Virus record (IMG/VR): IMGVR_UViG_3300047403_000174
Coordinates: 1 to 26,166 of that record
Reading direction: 5' to 3' (one strand)
Origin: a virus
Taxonomy: Duplodnaviria; Caudoviricetes
Length of the DNA stretch: 26,166 bases
Below are positions 1 through 8,541 of the stretch, piece by piece. A program made the translations under genes and the position numbers. Every line of letters starts with the position of its first letter. The first letter of the stretch is position 1. The notes beneath the pieces were generated by a model. That model was not told where the DNA came from, ran no database searches, and saw only the letters and a program-made list of their open reading frames with translations.

Positions 1-975
1 GAGGCCCTGGTCGGGTGTGTTCGGAGCGCACTCCAGGCGCCAGAGGGCTATGAATTCCGAGTGGCGGACCTGGCGTCGATCGAGACCGCGGTGATTGCCT
101 GGATCACAGGTTGCGAGCCGTTGTTGGGCGTGTTTCGCCAGGGCCTTGATCCGTACAAGGTGTTCGCCACGCATCTGTTCAACAAGCCGTACGAGGAAGT
201 GACCCGGGCGGAGCGCGGGTTCTGCAAGCCGCCGGTTCTCGGCTGCGGCTACCGGCTGGGCGGCGGCACGCTGCTGAACGGGGTGCGGACCGGCTTGTGG
301 GGCTACGCGGAGGCGCTCGGGGTCGACATGACCCGGGAGGAAGCGCAGCGGGCCGTCGGCGTCTACCGGTCGCAATACCCAGAGGTCGTCGACTTCTGGA
401 CCGCCCTGGAGAACGGCGCGCAGCGCGTCATGGAGTCAGGGGGAAAGACGAAGGTCGGGCCTTTGACGTTTGAGCGGCGGTCGCCGTTCCTGCTGCTGCG
501 GCTGCCGTTGAACGATCGGCCGCTGTTCTACTATCGGCCCGCGATGGGCTGGCGGCGGGTGTTGTCCGGCCGGATGGTCGAGAGGCAGTCGCGCGGCTGG
601 GACCTGGATGGAGCGCCAGAGGGCGAGACCATCATCGTAGAGGACACATGGATGGCCTACGGGCTGTCCTATTCCGGGAAGAATCAGAAGACCCGTCAGT
701 GGTGTCGAATCGACACCCATGGCGGGAGAACAATCGAACAGGCGACCCAGGGACTGGCGCGGGACATCCTGGCAGTCGGCATCAAGCGCGCACACCAGGA
801 TGGTTTCACGGTGATCGGCCACTCGCATGACGAGGTGGTGACGCTGCAACGGAAAGACGACCACTGCCACACCGCGGAACGGTTGGCCGGTCTCATGACG
901 GCACCGATCCCGGGGCTGGAAGGGCTGCCGCTCGGCGCTGCGTCTTTCGTCTCGGATTACTATCGAAAGGATTGA
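1..975 (+). CDS. DNA polymerase family A, C-terminal part (5' truncated by window edge)
   Basis: Frame is open from base 1 (EALVGCVRSALQAPEGYEFRVADLASIE). Motif A is DLASIE, motif B is RGFCKPPVLGCGY and motif C is HSHDEVV. Confidence 0.93.
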   Translation, partial: EALVGCVRSALQAPEGYEFRVADLASIETAVIAWITGCEPLLGVFRQGLDPYKVFATHLFNKPYEEVTRAERGFCKPPVLGCGYRLGGGTLLNGVRTGLWGYAEALGVDMTREEAQRAVGVYRSQYPEVVDFWTALENGAQRVMESGGKTKVGPLTFERRSPFLLLRLPLNDRPLFYYRPAMGWRRVLSGRMVERQSRGWDLDGAPEGETIIVEDTWMAYGLSYSGKNQKTRQWCRIDTHGGRTIEQATQGLARDILAVGIKRAHQDGFTVIGHSHDEVVTLQRKDDHCHTAERLAGLMTAPIPGLEGLPLGAASFVSDYYRKD

Positions 976-976
976 C

Positions 977-1252
977 ATGGACGCCTGGCTGGAAAAACTT
1001 GAAGCGGAAGGCGTGGACTTTCACGGTTTGTATCGCGTGTCCATCACGGCGTGGCGGTGCACGCTTCGGACCCGGGTCCCGACACCTCTCGGAGCGCCGC
1101 TGGGCGATTGGCGATATCACGAGTGCTACGCCGAGTCCTGGGAGAAGGCGATCGTCGGGGCGCTGACGTATGCGAAATCGAAGGCGCCGGACTTCGCGAC
1201 AGAAGCCTGGCAGAACGCATGGGACCGCGACACCATCGCGATGATGCGATGA
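977..1252 (+). CDS. hypothetical protein (91 aa)
   Basis: ATG lies 1 nt after the polymerase stop with AAAGGA upstream. Its stop overlaps the next ATG (ATGA, 1249-1252). No family recognised. Confidence 0.7.
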   Translation: MDAWLEKLEAEGVDFHGLYRVSITAWRCTLRTRVPTPLGAPLGDWRYHECYAESWEKAIVGALTYAKSKAPDFATEAWQNAWDRDTIAMMR

Positions 1253-1848
1253 CGCCGGTTCAGCGAATCCGCGCCTATGAAGCGGCAACCGGGTGGCTGG
1301 ACACCCTCTGGGTCCATGCGACCTCGGAGTGCATCCTGGGCCACTGGGTTCTCGGCAACGACTACCGGGTGAAGTCCGGCTATCACGGCGGCTACCCGGC
1401 GACGTACCTGCGCCGCATCAAGGCGCTGTTTCCGGAGAGGCAGAGGGCGTTGCACCTTTTTTCTGGAAAGGTCGACATCGAGGCTTTTCCTGGGGTGACT
1501 TGCGATCTGAACCCCGCGTTGGAACCGGACTACATCGACAACGCTGAGACACTGGAAAAAGTCCCGCTCTACCAGTTCGATATTATCCTCGCCGACCCAC
1601 CGTACACAGGCGAGGACGCCGACCGCTACGGCACGCCGATGGTCAACCGCGGCAAAGTCATGCAGGCGTTGACGCGGGTGCGAGCGGGGGCAGCAGTGGT
1701 TTGGCTGGATATGACACTGCCGATGTACCGCAAGGCGGACTGGCGTGTTCTGGCGCGGATCGGGGTCACACGCTCAACCAACCACAGGTTTCGAACGGTC
1801 ACTGTGTTCGAGAGGATGGGGCGCAGCACGGAAGGGGACGAACTGTGA
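1249..1848 (+). CDS. small amino (N6-A/N4-C) DNA methyltransferase-like protein (199 aa)
   Basis: Start re-called at the ATGA overlap at 1249 (track starts at 1051). A degenerate SAM-binding motif LHLFSG precedes the catalytic motif FDIILADPPY. Confidence 0.78.
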   Translation: MTPVQRIRAYEAATGWLDTLWVHATSECILGHWVLGNDYRVKSGYHGGYPATYLRRIKALFPERQRALHLFSGKVDIEAFPGVTCDLNPALEPDYIDNAETLEKVPLYQFDIILADPPYTGEDADRYGTPMVNRGKVMQALTRVRAGAAVVWLDMTLPMYRKADWRVLARIGVTRSTNHRFRTVTVFERMGRSTEGDEL

Positions 1849-2183
1849 GACGGGGCACGCAGCATACGCCGGAATCTAGGGCCAAGATATCAGCGGCCAA
1901 GAAGGGCAGACGGCCCACCCCGGAAACCAGGGCCAAGATGTCGGCGGCCAATATGGGCAGGAAGCACTCACCGGAAACCAAGGCCAAGATGTCGGCGGCC
2001 AAGATGGGCAGGAAGCACTCACCGGAAACCAAGGCCAAGATGTCGGCGGCCAAGATGGGCAGGAAGCACTCACCGGAAACCAAGGCCAAGATGTCGGCGG
2101 CCAAGATGGGCAGGAAGCACTCACCGGAGAGCAGGGCCAAGATATCAGCGACGCAGAAAGCCAGGCGTGCGAGAGCAACATGA
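1845..2183 (+). CDS. NUMOD3-repeat DNA-binding protein without nuclease domain (112 aa)
   Basis: GTG start overlaps the upstream stop (GTGA) with GGGGA upstream. About six 17-aa repeats GRKHSPETKAKMSAAKM match the NUMOD3 pattern H-S/T-x-E-T-K-x-K-M/I-S. Confidence 0.8.
   Translation: MRRGTQHTPESRAKISAAKKGRRPTPETRAKMSAANMGRKHSPETKAKMSAAKMGRKHSPETKAKMSAAKMGRKHSPETKAKMSAAKMGRKHSPESRAKISATQKARRARAT
1864..2150 (+). repeat. 51-bp coding tandem repeat, about 6 units
   Basis: Three identical 51-bp units at 1953-2003, 2004-2054 and 2055-2105, flanked by diverged units. Confidence 0.95.
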
Positions 2184-2656
2184 GAGACGACCTGCGGAGC
2201 GCATGGGAAGCGTTCGTCAAACCGGGGCTGGTGCTGCTGGATCAGCAGGGCTTCCAGGTGTCGCAGGAATTGGCGGCCTCTGTGCTGGCGTCGGGCTACG
2301 TTCTGTCGAGGTATCGACTTCGGCGCTTCCGGTACGCCGAGGAGCGCGGGTTTTGGCGGGTCGCTCCTCCCGCGGTCAACGTCGTACGCGATCCCCGGTT
2401 TTCGCTGTCGGCCGAGCGACTGTGCTCGGTTTTGGTGCTTGACCATCGCCGGCACGCGGAGTTGCACAAGGCGGTGGAGTTCAACGACGCGCTTGCGGCA
2501 TGCCTGGAGGCGTTCCGAGCGGCCGCGGTCCGAGACGTGATACCACCTGTGGCCGATGAAGAGGCGCTGCGTGTGTTGTGTGCGAACCGACGGCAGGACC
2601 CTCCATGGCCGGTCGGCGTCTGGCAAGAGTCGCTGTCCGTGGTGCGTACGCCATGA
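2180..2656 (+). CDS. hypothetical protein (158 aa)
   Basis: ATGA overlaps at both ends, so it fills the gap between its neighbours exactly. No family recognised. Confidence 0.7.
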   Translation: MRDDLRSAWEAFVKPGLVLLDQQGFQVSQELAASVLASGYVLSRYRLRRFRYAEERGFWRVAPPAVNVVRDPRFSLSAERLCSVLVLDHRRHAELHKAVEFNDALAACLEAFRAAAVRDVIPPVADEEALRVLCANRRQDPPWPVGVWQESLSVVRTP

Positions 2657-3876
2657 TCGATCTCCGTCACGGCGATATGCTCGACGTGCTGCGGGTCGCG
2701 GCCAGGGCCGGCGAGCGTTGGCACGCCTGCATCACCGATCCGCCGTACCATCTGACGTCGATCTCGAAGCGGTTCGGGGTCGAGGGAGCGGCGCCGGCCA
2801 AACATGGCAAGGATGGGTCCTTCGCCCGGTTGTCCAAGGGTTTCATGGGCAAGGTGTGGGACGGTGGGGACATCGCCTTCCGGCCGGAGACCTGGCGGGC
2901 GGTGTGGGACGTTCTGCACCCGGGCGCCTACCTACTGGCGTTCGGCGGGAGCCGGACCGCACACCGGATCGCCGTGGCGATCGAGGACGCCGGGTTCGAG
3001 ATCAGGGACACGCGGCTCTGGCTTTACTCTACCGGGTTCCCGAAATCGAAGAACGGCGGCCCCGGATGGGAGGGCTACGGCACCGCCTCGAAACCTGCCT
3101 ATGAGCCGATCATCGAGGCCCGCAAGCCATTGGGCGGCACGGTCGCGCAGAACCTCGCGAAATACGGCTGCGGGGCGTTGAACATCGATGCCTGTCGAGT
3201 TCCGGCGAGAGACAAGACGCCGGCCCCAGTCGGCCAGTACGGCAGATCGGCGATCGGACCGACTGGACACACGGGAATCCGGAACGGAGCCGCAGACGAT
3301 CTAGGACGTTGGCCCCCGAACATCATGCACGACGGCTCCGACGACGTGCTTGCTGCGTTCGCGGCCTTCGGCGACCGCCCGGGGCAGATCGCCCACGCGC
3401 GCACCGACGGCGCGCGGCAGTCTTCGGTGGCGCTCGGCGACAAGCGGGCGGTCTCGACGAACCCCGTGCCACGAGAGGATTCCGGCACCGCGGCCCGGTT
3501 CTTCCCGACGCTCGGCTTTTCCGAGGACGACAGGCGGTTCCACTACTGCGGCAAAGCGCGGAAGAGCGAACGGCACGGAAGCCTGCATCCGACCGTCAAA
3601 CCATTGAGCCTGATGCAGTGGCTGGTGCGGCTCGGCGTGCCGCGCGGCGGCAGGGTTTTGGACCCGTTCGCTGGCACGGGGCCGACGCTGGAGGCCGCCA
3701 GGCTGGAAGGCTTCTCTGCCACCGGGATCGAGGCGGAGAGCGAGTACATCCAGGACGCGCTGCGCCGGTTGGGCTCGGTCGACCTGCGGACCGGCCCTTG
3801 GGGTCTCTCCCTGGCGGACGCCTTGGCCCGCAACCGGGCGGCGTGGGAGGCGACCGGTGTCAGGGTGGCCGGGTGA
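2653..3876 (+). CDS. DNA methyltransferase, beta-class N6-A/N4-C (407 aa)
   Basis: Start re-called at the ATGA overlap at 2653. Motif IV ITDPPY is near the N-terminus, followed by GFPKS, HPTVKP and motif I VLDPFAGTG near the C-terminus, which is the beta-class order. Confidence 0.92.
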   Translation: MIDLRHGDMLDVLRVAARAGERWHACITDPPYHLTSISKRFGVEGAAPAKHGKDGSFARLSKGFMGKVWDGGDIAFRPETWRAVWDVLHPGAYLLAFGGSRTAHRIAVAIEDAGFEIRDTRLWLYSTGFPKSKNGGPGWEGYGTASKPAYEPIIEARKPLGGTVAQNLAKYGCGALNIDACRVPARDKTPAPVGQYGRSAIGPTGHTGIRNGAADDLGRWPPNIMHDGSDDVLAAFAAFGDRPGQIAHARTDGARQSSVALGDKRAVSTNPVPREDSGTAARFFPTLGFSEDDRRFHYCGKARKSERHGSLHPTVKPLSLMQWLVRLGVPRGGRVLDPFAGTGPTLEAARLEGFSATGIEAESEYIQDALRRLGSVDLRTGPWGLSLADALARNRAAWEATGVRVAG

Positions 3877-4195
3877 TCGCCGTCGTCTGGAATCTTCGGT
3901 CGAACGGTTGGCCTGTACCAGGGCCAAGCGGGCTGGGTGGAAGGTGGTGAAGGACGGCCAGAAAGGGCGCCCGGACCGCATTTTTACGCGGGCCGGTGTT
4001 CGGGTCTGGATCGAGTTCAAACGACCCGGCGAATGCCCACGGCCGTTGCAGGAGGTCCAACACACGCGGCTCCGAGCGCAAGGCGAACTGGTCTACGTTT
4101 GTACCTCGGTCGAGGAGGCCGAGGCCGCCCTGCAGGACGCTTGCTTGCAACGAGCCTATGCGGCCGGCTTGGCGCGACAGGGGGCTGTCCTGTGA
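3857..4195 (+). CDS. VRR-NUC domain nuclease
   Basis: PD-(D/E)xK pattern GRPDRIF...WIEFKRPG..PRPLQ. GGAGG at 3846-3850 precedes the GTG. Sits directly before an SNF2 helicase, the usual position. Confidence 0.88.
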   Translation: MSGWPGDRRRLESSVERLACTRAKRAGWKVVKDGQKGRPDRIFTRAGVRVWIEFKRPGECPRPLQEVQHTRLRAQGELVYVCTSVEEAEAALQDACLQRAYAAGLARQGAVL

Positions 4196-5670
4196 GGCAC
4201 GAGAGCGACCTGAAGCCGTTCCAGTTGGGCGGCGTCGAGTTCCTGCATCGGCACCCGTTTGCCGCATACTGGCTTGATCTCGGCCTGGGCAAGACCGTCA
4301 CCGCCCTCACAGCCTTCGCTCGGCTGAAACAGGAAGGCCGGGTCCGGCGGGGGTTGATTTCTGCCCCTCTGCGGGTTGCGACTACCAACTGGCCGACGGA
4401 GATCGGCAACTGGTCCCATCTGGCCCACCTGACGCACACAGTGATCCGGGCGACAGACACCCACCCACGGGCGATCGAGGCCAGGGCCGTCGCCAGGTCT
4501 GCGGCACGGCGCCTGCGGCTGCCGAGCAAAGAGGTCGCCAGGATCAGCGCGCAGGCCGGCAAGCGGGCCGAGGAAGTGGTTCGCCTCGATCTGCTGCGCG
4601 AGGATACCGACCTGCATATCATCAACCACGAGCGAATCCCTTGGATCGTCGACCACTGGCGCGAAAACTGGCCTTATGACGTGCTGATCTATGATGAGAC
4701 CCAGGGCCTACGTGATCCCAGCACTCAGCGGGTCAAGGCCCTGGTGGCGCTGCGCCGTCGGGACCTGTTGCGCCGCATGTGGCAGATGACAGGCACGCCG
4801 GCCCCAGAGGGCTATGAGGGTCTGTTCTCGCAAATCTGGTTGCTCGACAAGGGCGAACGGTTCGGCCGGTTTGTGACGCACTTCCGAGACCGGTATTTCA
4901 CGCGCAACGAGTACAACAGAAGCTACCTCTTGAAGCCCGGGGCCGCCGACCAGATTATCGACAAGATCAAAGACATCGCTCTTGTCATCAAGGCAGAAGA
5001 CCATCTCGATCTGGAAAAGCCCGTCTTCGTCGAACGCAAGATCGATCTCGGCCCCGACCTGATGACGAAGTACAAGGAACTGGAGAACGATCTGGTCCTG
5101 CAAACAGCCGATGCCGAAATAGTTGCGGAAACTGCGGAGGCCAAAGCGCAGAAACTATTGCAGTTTGCCAGCGGCGCCGTGTACGACGACAGCGGCCGAG
5201 TTCATGCGGTCCACGACGTTAAAATGGACGAACTGCGCCAAGTGGTTGAAGAGGCCCAAGGCGCCCCGGTGATCGTGGCGTACTGGTTCCGTCACACGCT
5301 GGCCAGGTTGAAGAAGGCGTTTCCGGAAGGCCGAGAGATCGACAAGGAAGGCGAGGTCGAGAAACTTTGGTCGAAGGGGAAAGTACCGATGCTGTTCCTG
5401 CACCCGCGATCGGGTGGAACAGGGCTGAACCTGCAATATGGTGGGCACATATTGGTGTATTTCGACACGCCTTGGCCGTTGGAGAGTTACTTGCAAACCA
5501 ACGGCCGGATCGCCCGACAGGGGCAGACTAAGGTGCCGACGATCGTGCACCTGATCGCCGCTGGAACAGCAGAGGAACGTATTGTGCCAAAACTGCGGCG
5601 AAAAGAGGCAGGGCAAAACTATCTGAAGGCGGAAGTGCAGCGTCTGCGGGCAGAGAGGTTGACGACATGA
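4192..5670 (+). CDS. SNF2-family (SF2) helicase
   Basis: Start re-called at the GTGA overlap at 4192. Motifs DLGLGKT, LIYDET, MTGTP, GTGLNLQ and QTNGRIARQGQ. Confidence 0.92.
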   Translation: MRHESDLKPFQLGGVEFLHRHPFAAYWLDLGLGKTVTALTAFARLKQEGRVRRGLISAPLRVATTNWPTEIGNWSHLAHLTHTVIRATDTHPRAIEARAVARSAARRLRLPSKEVARISAQAGKRAEEVVRLDLLREDTDLHIINHERIPWIVDHWRENWPYDVLIYDETQGLRDPSTQRVKALVALRRRDLLRRMWQMTGTPAPEGYEGLFSQIWLLDKGERFGRFVTHFRDRYFTRNEYNRSYLLKPGAADQIIDKIKDIALVIKAEDHLDLEKPVFVERKIDLGPDLMTKYKELENDLVLQTADAEIVAETAEAKAQKLLQFASGAVYDDSGRVHAVHDVKMDELRQVVEEAQGAPVIVAYWFRHTLARLKKAFPEGREIDKEGEVEKLWSKGKVPMLFLHPRSGGTGLNLQYGGHILVYFDTPWPLESYLQTNGRIARQGQTKVPTIVHLIAAGTAEERIVPKLRRKEAGQNYLKAEVQRLRAERLTT

Positions 5671-6260
5671 CGGCAGGCGGGCGCCCCCGCGCAACGACTA
5701 TCGATGCGACGACCATGCTTGAACAGGGCATGACGGCCCGCCAACTCGCGCGGGCCTTCAGCATGGACACCACGGCCGTTGCGCGCCGCCTGTCGGCGGT
5801 GGTGCCGTCGGGGCAACGGGACGGGCAACACATATGGCGGTTGCGGGACGCGGCTCCAGAACTGTGCGCGCCGCCGGCCGATATGGTCGCCCGGGTGATC
5901 CGCATGAACCACACCGATCTGCCGCCCAAGCTCCGCAAGGAGTATTGGGACGGCCAGAAAGCGCAGTTGGCCGTGCTGAACGAGGAAGGCCGCATCTGGC
6001 GGTCAGACGCTGTGCTGTCCTATGTCGGCGCGGCCTTCCGCAGCATCCGAATGCAGGTGGCGTTGATTCCGGACGTGCTGGCCAAGCGGGCGGAACTGAC
6101 CGACGAACAGGCGCAGATCGTCCAGGAGGCGGTAGACGGCTGCCTGGCGGAAATCCGGGTCCAGTTGAAACACCAGTTCGACGGCCGGGAAGATGACATC
6201 GGGAAGTCGGCGACCAGCCTGTTAGAGCCGGTCCGCCAGGAGACAGAAGATGCCCTCTGA
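5667..6260 (+). CDS. terS: terminase small subunit (DUF1441/Nu1-like)
   Basis: N-terminal HTH-like segment (TARQLARAFSMDTTAVARRL), DLPPKLRKEYW motif and a helical C-terminus. Lies immediately before the large subunit. Confidence 0.8.
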   Translation: MTAGGRPRATTIDATTMLEQGMTARQLARAFSMDTTAVARRLSAVVPSGQRDGQHIWRLRDAAPELCAPPADMVARVIRMNHTDLPPKLRKEYWDGQKAQLAVLNEEGRIWRSDAVLSYVGAAFRSIRMQVALIPDVLAKRAELTDEQAQIVQEAVDGCLAEIRVQLKHQFDGREDDIGKSATSLLEPVRQETEDAL

Positions 6261-8316
6261 CGCCCATCTGGCGTCGCTGTTCTCGGAGTTGGCGGACATC
6301 TTCGATCCGCCGCTCCGCCTCACGGTCTCGGAGGCGGCCGAGGCGTTCCGCTACCTGAACAACCCCGGGTCTTATGTCGGCCCGTGGCGGAACGCGGAGA
6401 CCCCGTACCTCGTCGAGCCTGCTAACAGCCTGCGCTCCCGGTTGCTGTCTTCGGTCGTGTTCGTCGGCCCGGCCCAGTGCGGCAAGACGGATGGCCTGAT
6501 CCTGAACTGGATCGTCCATATGGCCATGGTCGCGGCGGGCGACCTGATTATCTATTCGCCGACCGGTGCGATGGCCAAGGACTTCTCGATCCGACGGATC
6601 GGCCGAATGTTGCGGCACAGTGAGTCAGTCGGCGCACAGTTGTTGAAGGAGGCGTCCGCCGACAACCTGTTCGATAAGCAGTTCCGCAATGGGTCGATGC
6701 TCTCGCTGTCCTGGCCCACGGCCACGCAGTTCGCGGGTCGGCCGGTGATGCGGTGCGCTCTGACCGATTACGATCGCATGGCCAATGACATCGAAGGCGA
6801 GGGAGCGCCGTTTGACCTGGCCATGAAGCGCAACACGACGTTCGGCTCTTTCGGCATGACACTCGCCGAGTCGTCACCGTCGCGAGAGATCACCAATCCG
6901 CGGTGGGTTGCGGCCTCTCCGCACGAGGCCCCGCCATGCGAGGGCATCCTGGGGCTGTACAACCGCGGCGACCGTCGCCGGCGCTACTGGCGCTGCACGC
7001 GGTGCGAGGGATGGTTTCAGCCCACGTTCAAGACGTTGGAATGGGACCCGTCCGACTACGTTTCCGAGGCGGCGGCATCGACGCGCATGATCTGCCCACT
7101 GTGCGGCCACCGTATCGACTTCCGCGAGCGGGACAGTCTGATGGCCTCCGCCCGGTGGCTGCGCGACGGAGAGAAAATGATCGGCGGGTGGCTGACCGGC
7201 ACACCTCGGCCGGCCTCGATCGCGTCTTTCTGGATGTTCGGGCCGGAGGCCCGTTTCACGACCTGGGCGAAGATGGTCGAGAAATACCTGCTGGCGGAGA
7301 AGGAGGTCGAGCAAACCGGATCAGAGGATGCACTTCGGACCTTCTGGAATACCGACGCGGGTGAGCCCTATGTCAGCAAGAAACAGCAGAACCAGCGGCT
7401 GCCGGAGGTCATCAAGTCTCGCGCCGAGTTCCTGTCGGAACGGGAGGTGCCAGAGGGGGTCCGGTTTCTCCTGGCGGTGATCGACGTGCAGGCGAACCGG
7501 TTCGAGGTTCAGATTTTCGGCATCCTGGCGGGGGAACCGTTTGACACCGTTCTCATCGACTCGTTTCCAATCGTCAAAAGCGAACGGGATGATGACGACG
7601 GAGACCGTCTCTGGGTCAAGCCGGCGACGTACCTGGAGGACTGGTTCCTGCTGGTCGACCAAGTGATCCAGCGATCCTACCCGCTCGCGGGCGACAGTTC
7701 GCGGCGGATGCGGGTCAAGGCGGTGGCGTGTGACAGCGGCGGGCCAGCCGGAGCTACGACTCTCGCCTACGAGTTCTGGCGCCGACTCCGCGCCGATGGT
7801 TTGGCCGGGCGGTTCCAGTTGGTCAAAGGCGAGTCGAAGCCGGGGGCGCCGCGCGCCAGGATCGGCTATCCAGATGCCACGCGGAAGGACAAGCTCACCG
7901 CGGCGCGCGGCGACGTGCCGGTGCTGTTCCTCAATTCCAACACGATGAAGGACATGCTTGCCGGGCGGCTGGAGTGCGTTGAACCGGGGCGCGGGATGTT
8001 CCGCGTGCCGGCCTGGTTGCCGGACTCGTACTACACCCAACTTTGCGCCGAAGTTCGAACAGAGAAAGGGTGGGAGAACCCCGGCCGGTACCGGAACGAA
8101 GCGTGGGACTTGGGGTACTATATGCTCGGCCTCGCGGTGTCGCCGCTGATCTCGGCGGAGAAATTGGATTGGTCGAACCCGCCCGGATGGGCCGCCACGT
8201 GGGATAAAAACGACCTGGTTTTCGTGGCAGGGAACGACTCCTTTGCACCGGAGCGCAAACCAGCCTATGATTTCCGTGGGCTGGGCCAGAGTTTGGCCGG
8301 GATGGATCGAAGGTAG
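6250..8316 (+). CDS. terL: terminase large subunit, lambda GpA-like
   Basis: ETPYLVEP, Walker A GPAQCGKT, Walker B variant LTDYDR, ESSP, two CxxC pairs, and nuclease motifs IDVQ, CDSGG and RNEAWD. Confidence 0.95.
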   Translation: MPSDAHLASLFSELADIFDPPLRLTVSEAAEAFRYLNNPGSYVGPWRNAETPYLVEPANSLRSRLLSSVVFVGPAQCGKTDGLILNWIVHMAMVAAGDLIIYSPTGAMAKDFSIRRIGRMLRHSESVGAQLLKEASADNLFDKQFRNGSMLSLSWPTATQFAGRPVMRCALTDYDRMANDIEGEGAPFDLAMKRNTTFGSFGMTLAESSPSREITNPRWVAASPHEAPPCEGILGLYNRGDRRRRYWRCTRCEGWFQPTFKTLEWDPSDYVSEAAASTRMICPLCGHRIDFRERDSLMASARWLRDGEKMIGGWLTGTPRPASIASFWMFGPEARFTTWAKMVEKYLLAEKEVEQTGSEDALRTFWNTDAGEPYVSKKQQNQRLPEVIKSRAEFLSEREVPEGVRFLLAVIDVQANRFEVQIFGILAGEPFDTVLIDSFPIVKSERDDDDGDRLWVKPATYLEDWFLLVDQVIQRSYPLAGDSSRRMRVKAVACDSGGPAGATTLAYEFWRRLRADGLAGRFQLVKGESKPGAPRARIGYPDATRKDKLTAARGDVPVLFLNSNTMKDMLAGRLECVEPGRGMFRVPAWLPDSYYTQLCAEVRTEKGWENPGRYRNEAWDLGYYMLGLAVSPLISAEKLDWSNPPGWAATWDKNDLVFVAGNDSFAPERKPAYDFRGLGQSLAGMDRR

Positions 8317-8319
8317 GCG

Positions 8320-8541
8320 ATGCCGACAACCTCGCAACTGCTGACTCAGGCGGAGGCCGCGTACCACCAGTTGGTGACCGGCAAGGCGCCGCGCGTGGTT
8401 GTAGACCAGAACGGCGAGCGCGTGGAGTACAACACCGCCAATCGAGACGCCTTGCGTGCGTACATCGAGGAACTGCGCGCCAAGGTCGTCGATCCGTCGA
8501 CCAACGTCATGATCCGTAGGCCGATGACGGTATGGTTCTGA
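8320..8541 (+). CDS. head-tail joining protein, gpW-like
   Basis: 73 aa between terL and portal, with the pattern AEAAYHQLVTG...DQNGERVEY...LRAYIEEL. Confidence 0.88.
   Translation: MPTTSQLLTQAEAAYHQLVTGKAPRVVVDQNGERVEYNTANRDALRAYIEELRAKVVDPSTNVMIRRPMTVWF

Noticed and set aside
1701-1848. Possible -1 frameshift fusing the small methyltransferase to the NUMOD3 repeats
   Set aside because: The -1 frame is open here, but I found no canonical slippery heptamer. A GTGA coupled start with an RBS explains the layout.
1953-2128. Regular repeats that could be mistaken for a CRISPR array
   Set aside because: Units are contiguous with no unique spacers, are a multiple of 3 long and encode NUMOD3 repeats. 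No cas genes are present.
2597-2608. DPPW in hypothetical protein 2180-2656, resembling methyltransferase motif IV
   Set aside because: It lies about 16 residues from the C-terminus with no preceding hydrophobic strand and no SAM-binding motif. Probably chance.
1051-4191. Longer starts in the ORF track (1051, 1701, 2578, 3937; likewise 22615, 23233, 25377)
   Set aside because: The extensions overlap upstream genes and read like off-frame sequence. Starts at stop/start overlaps fit better.
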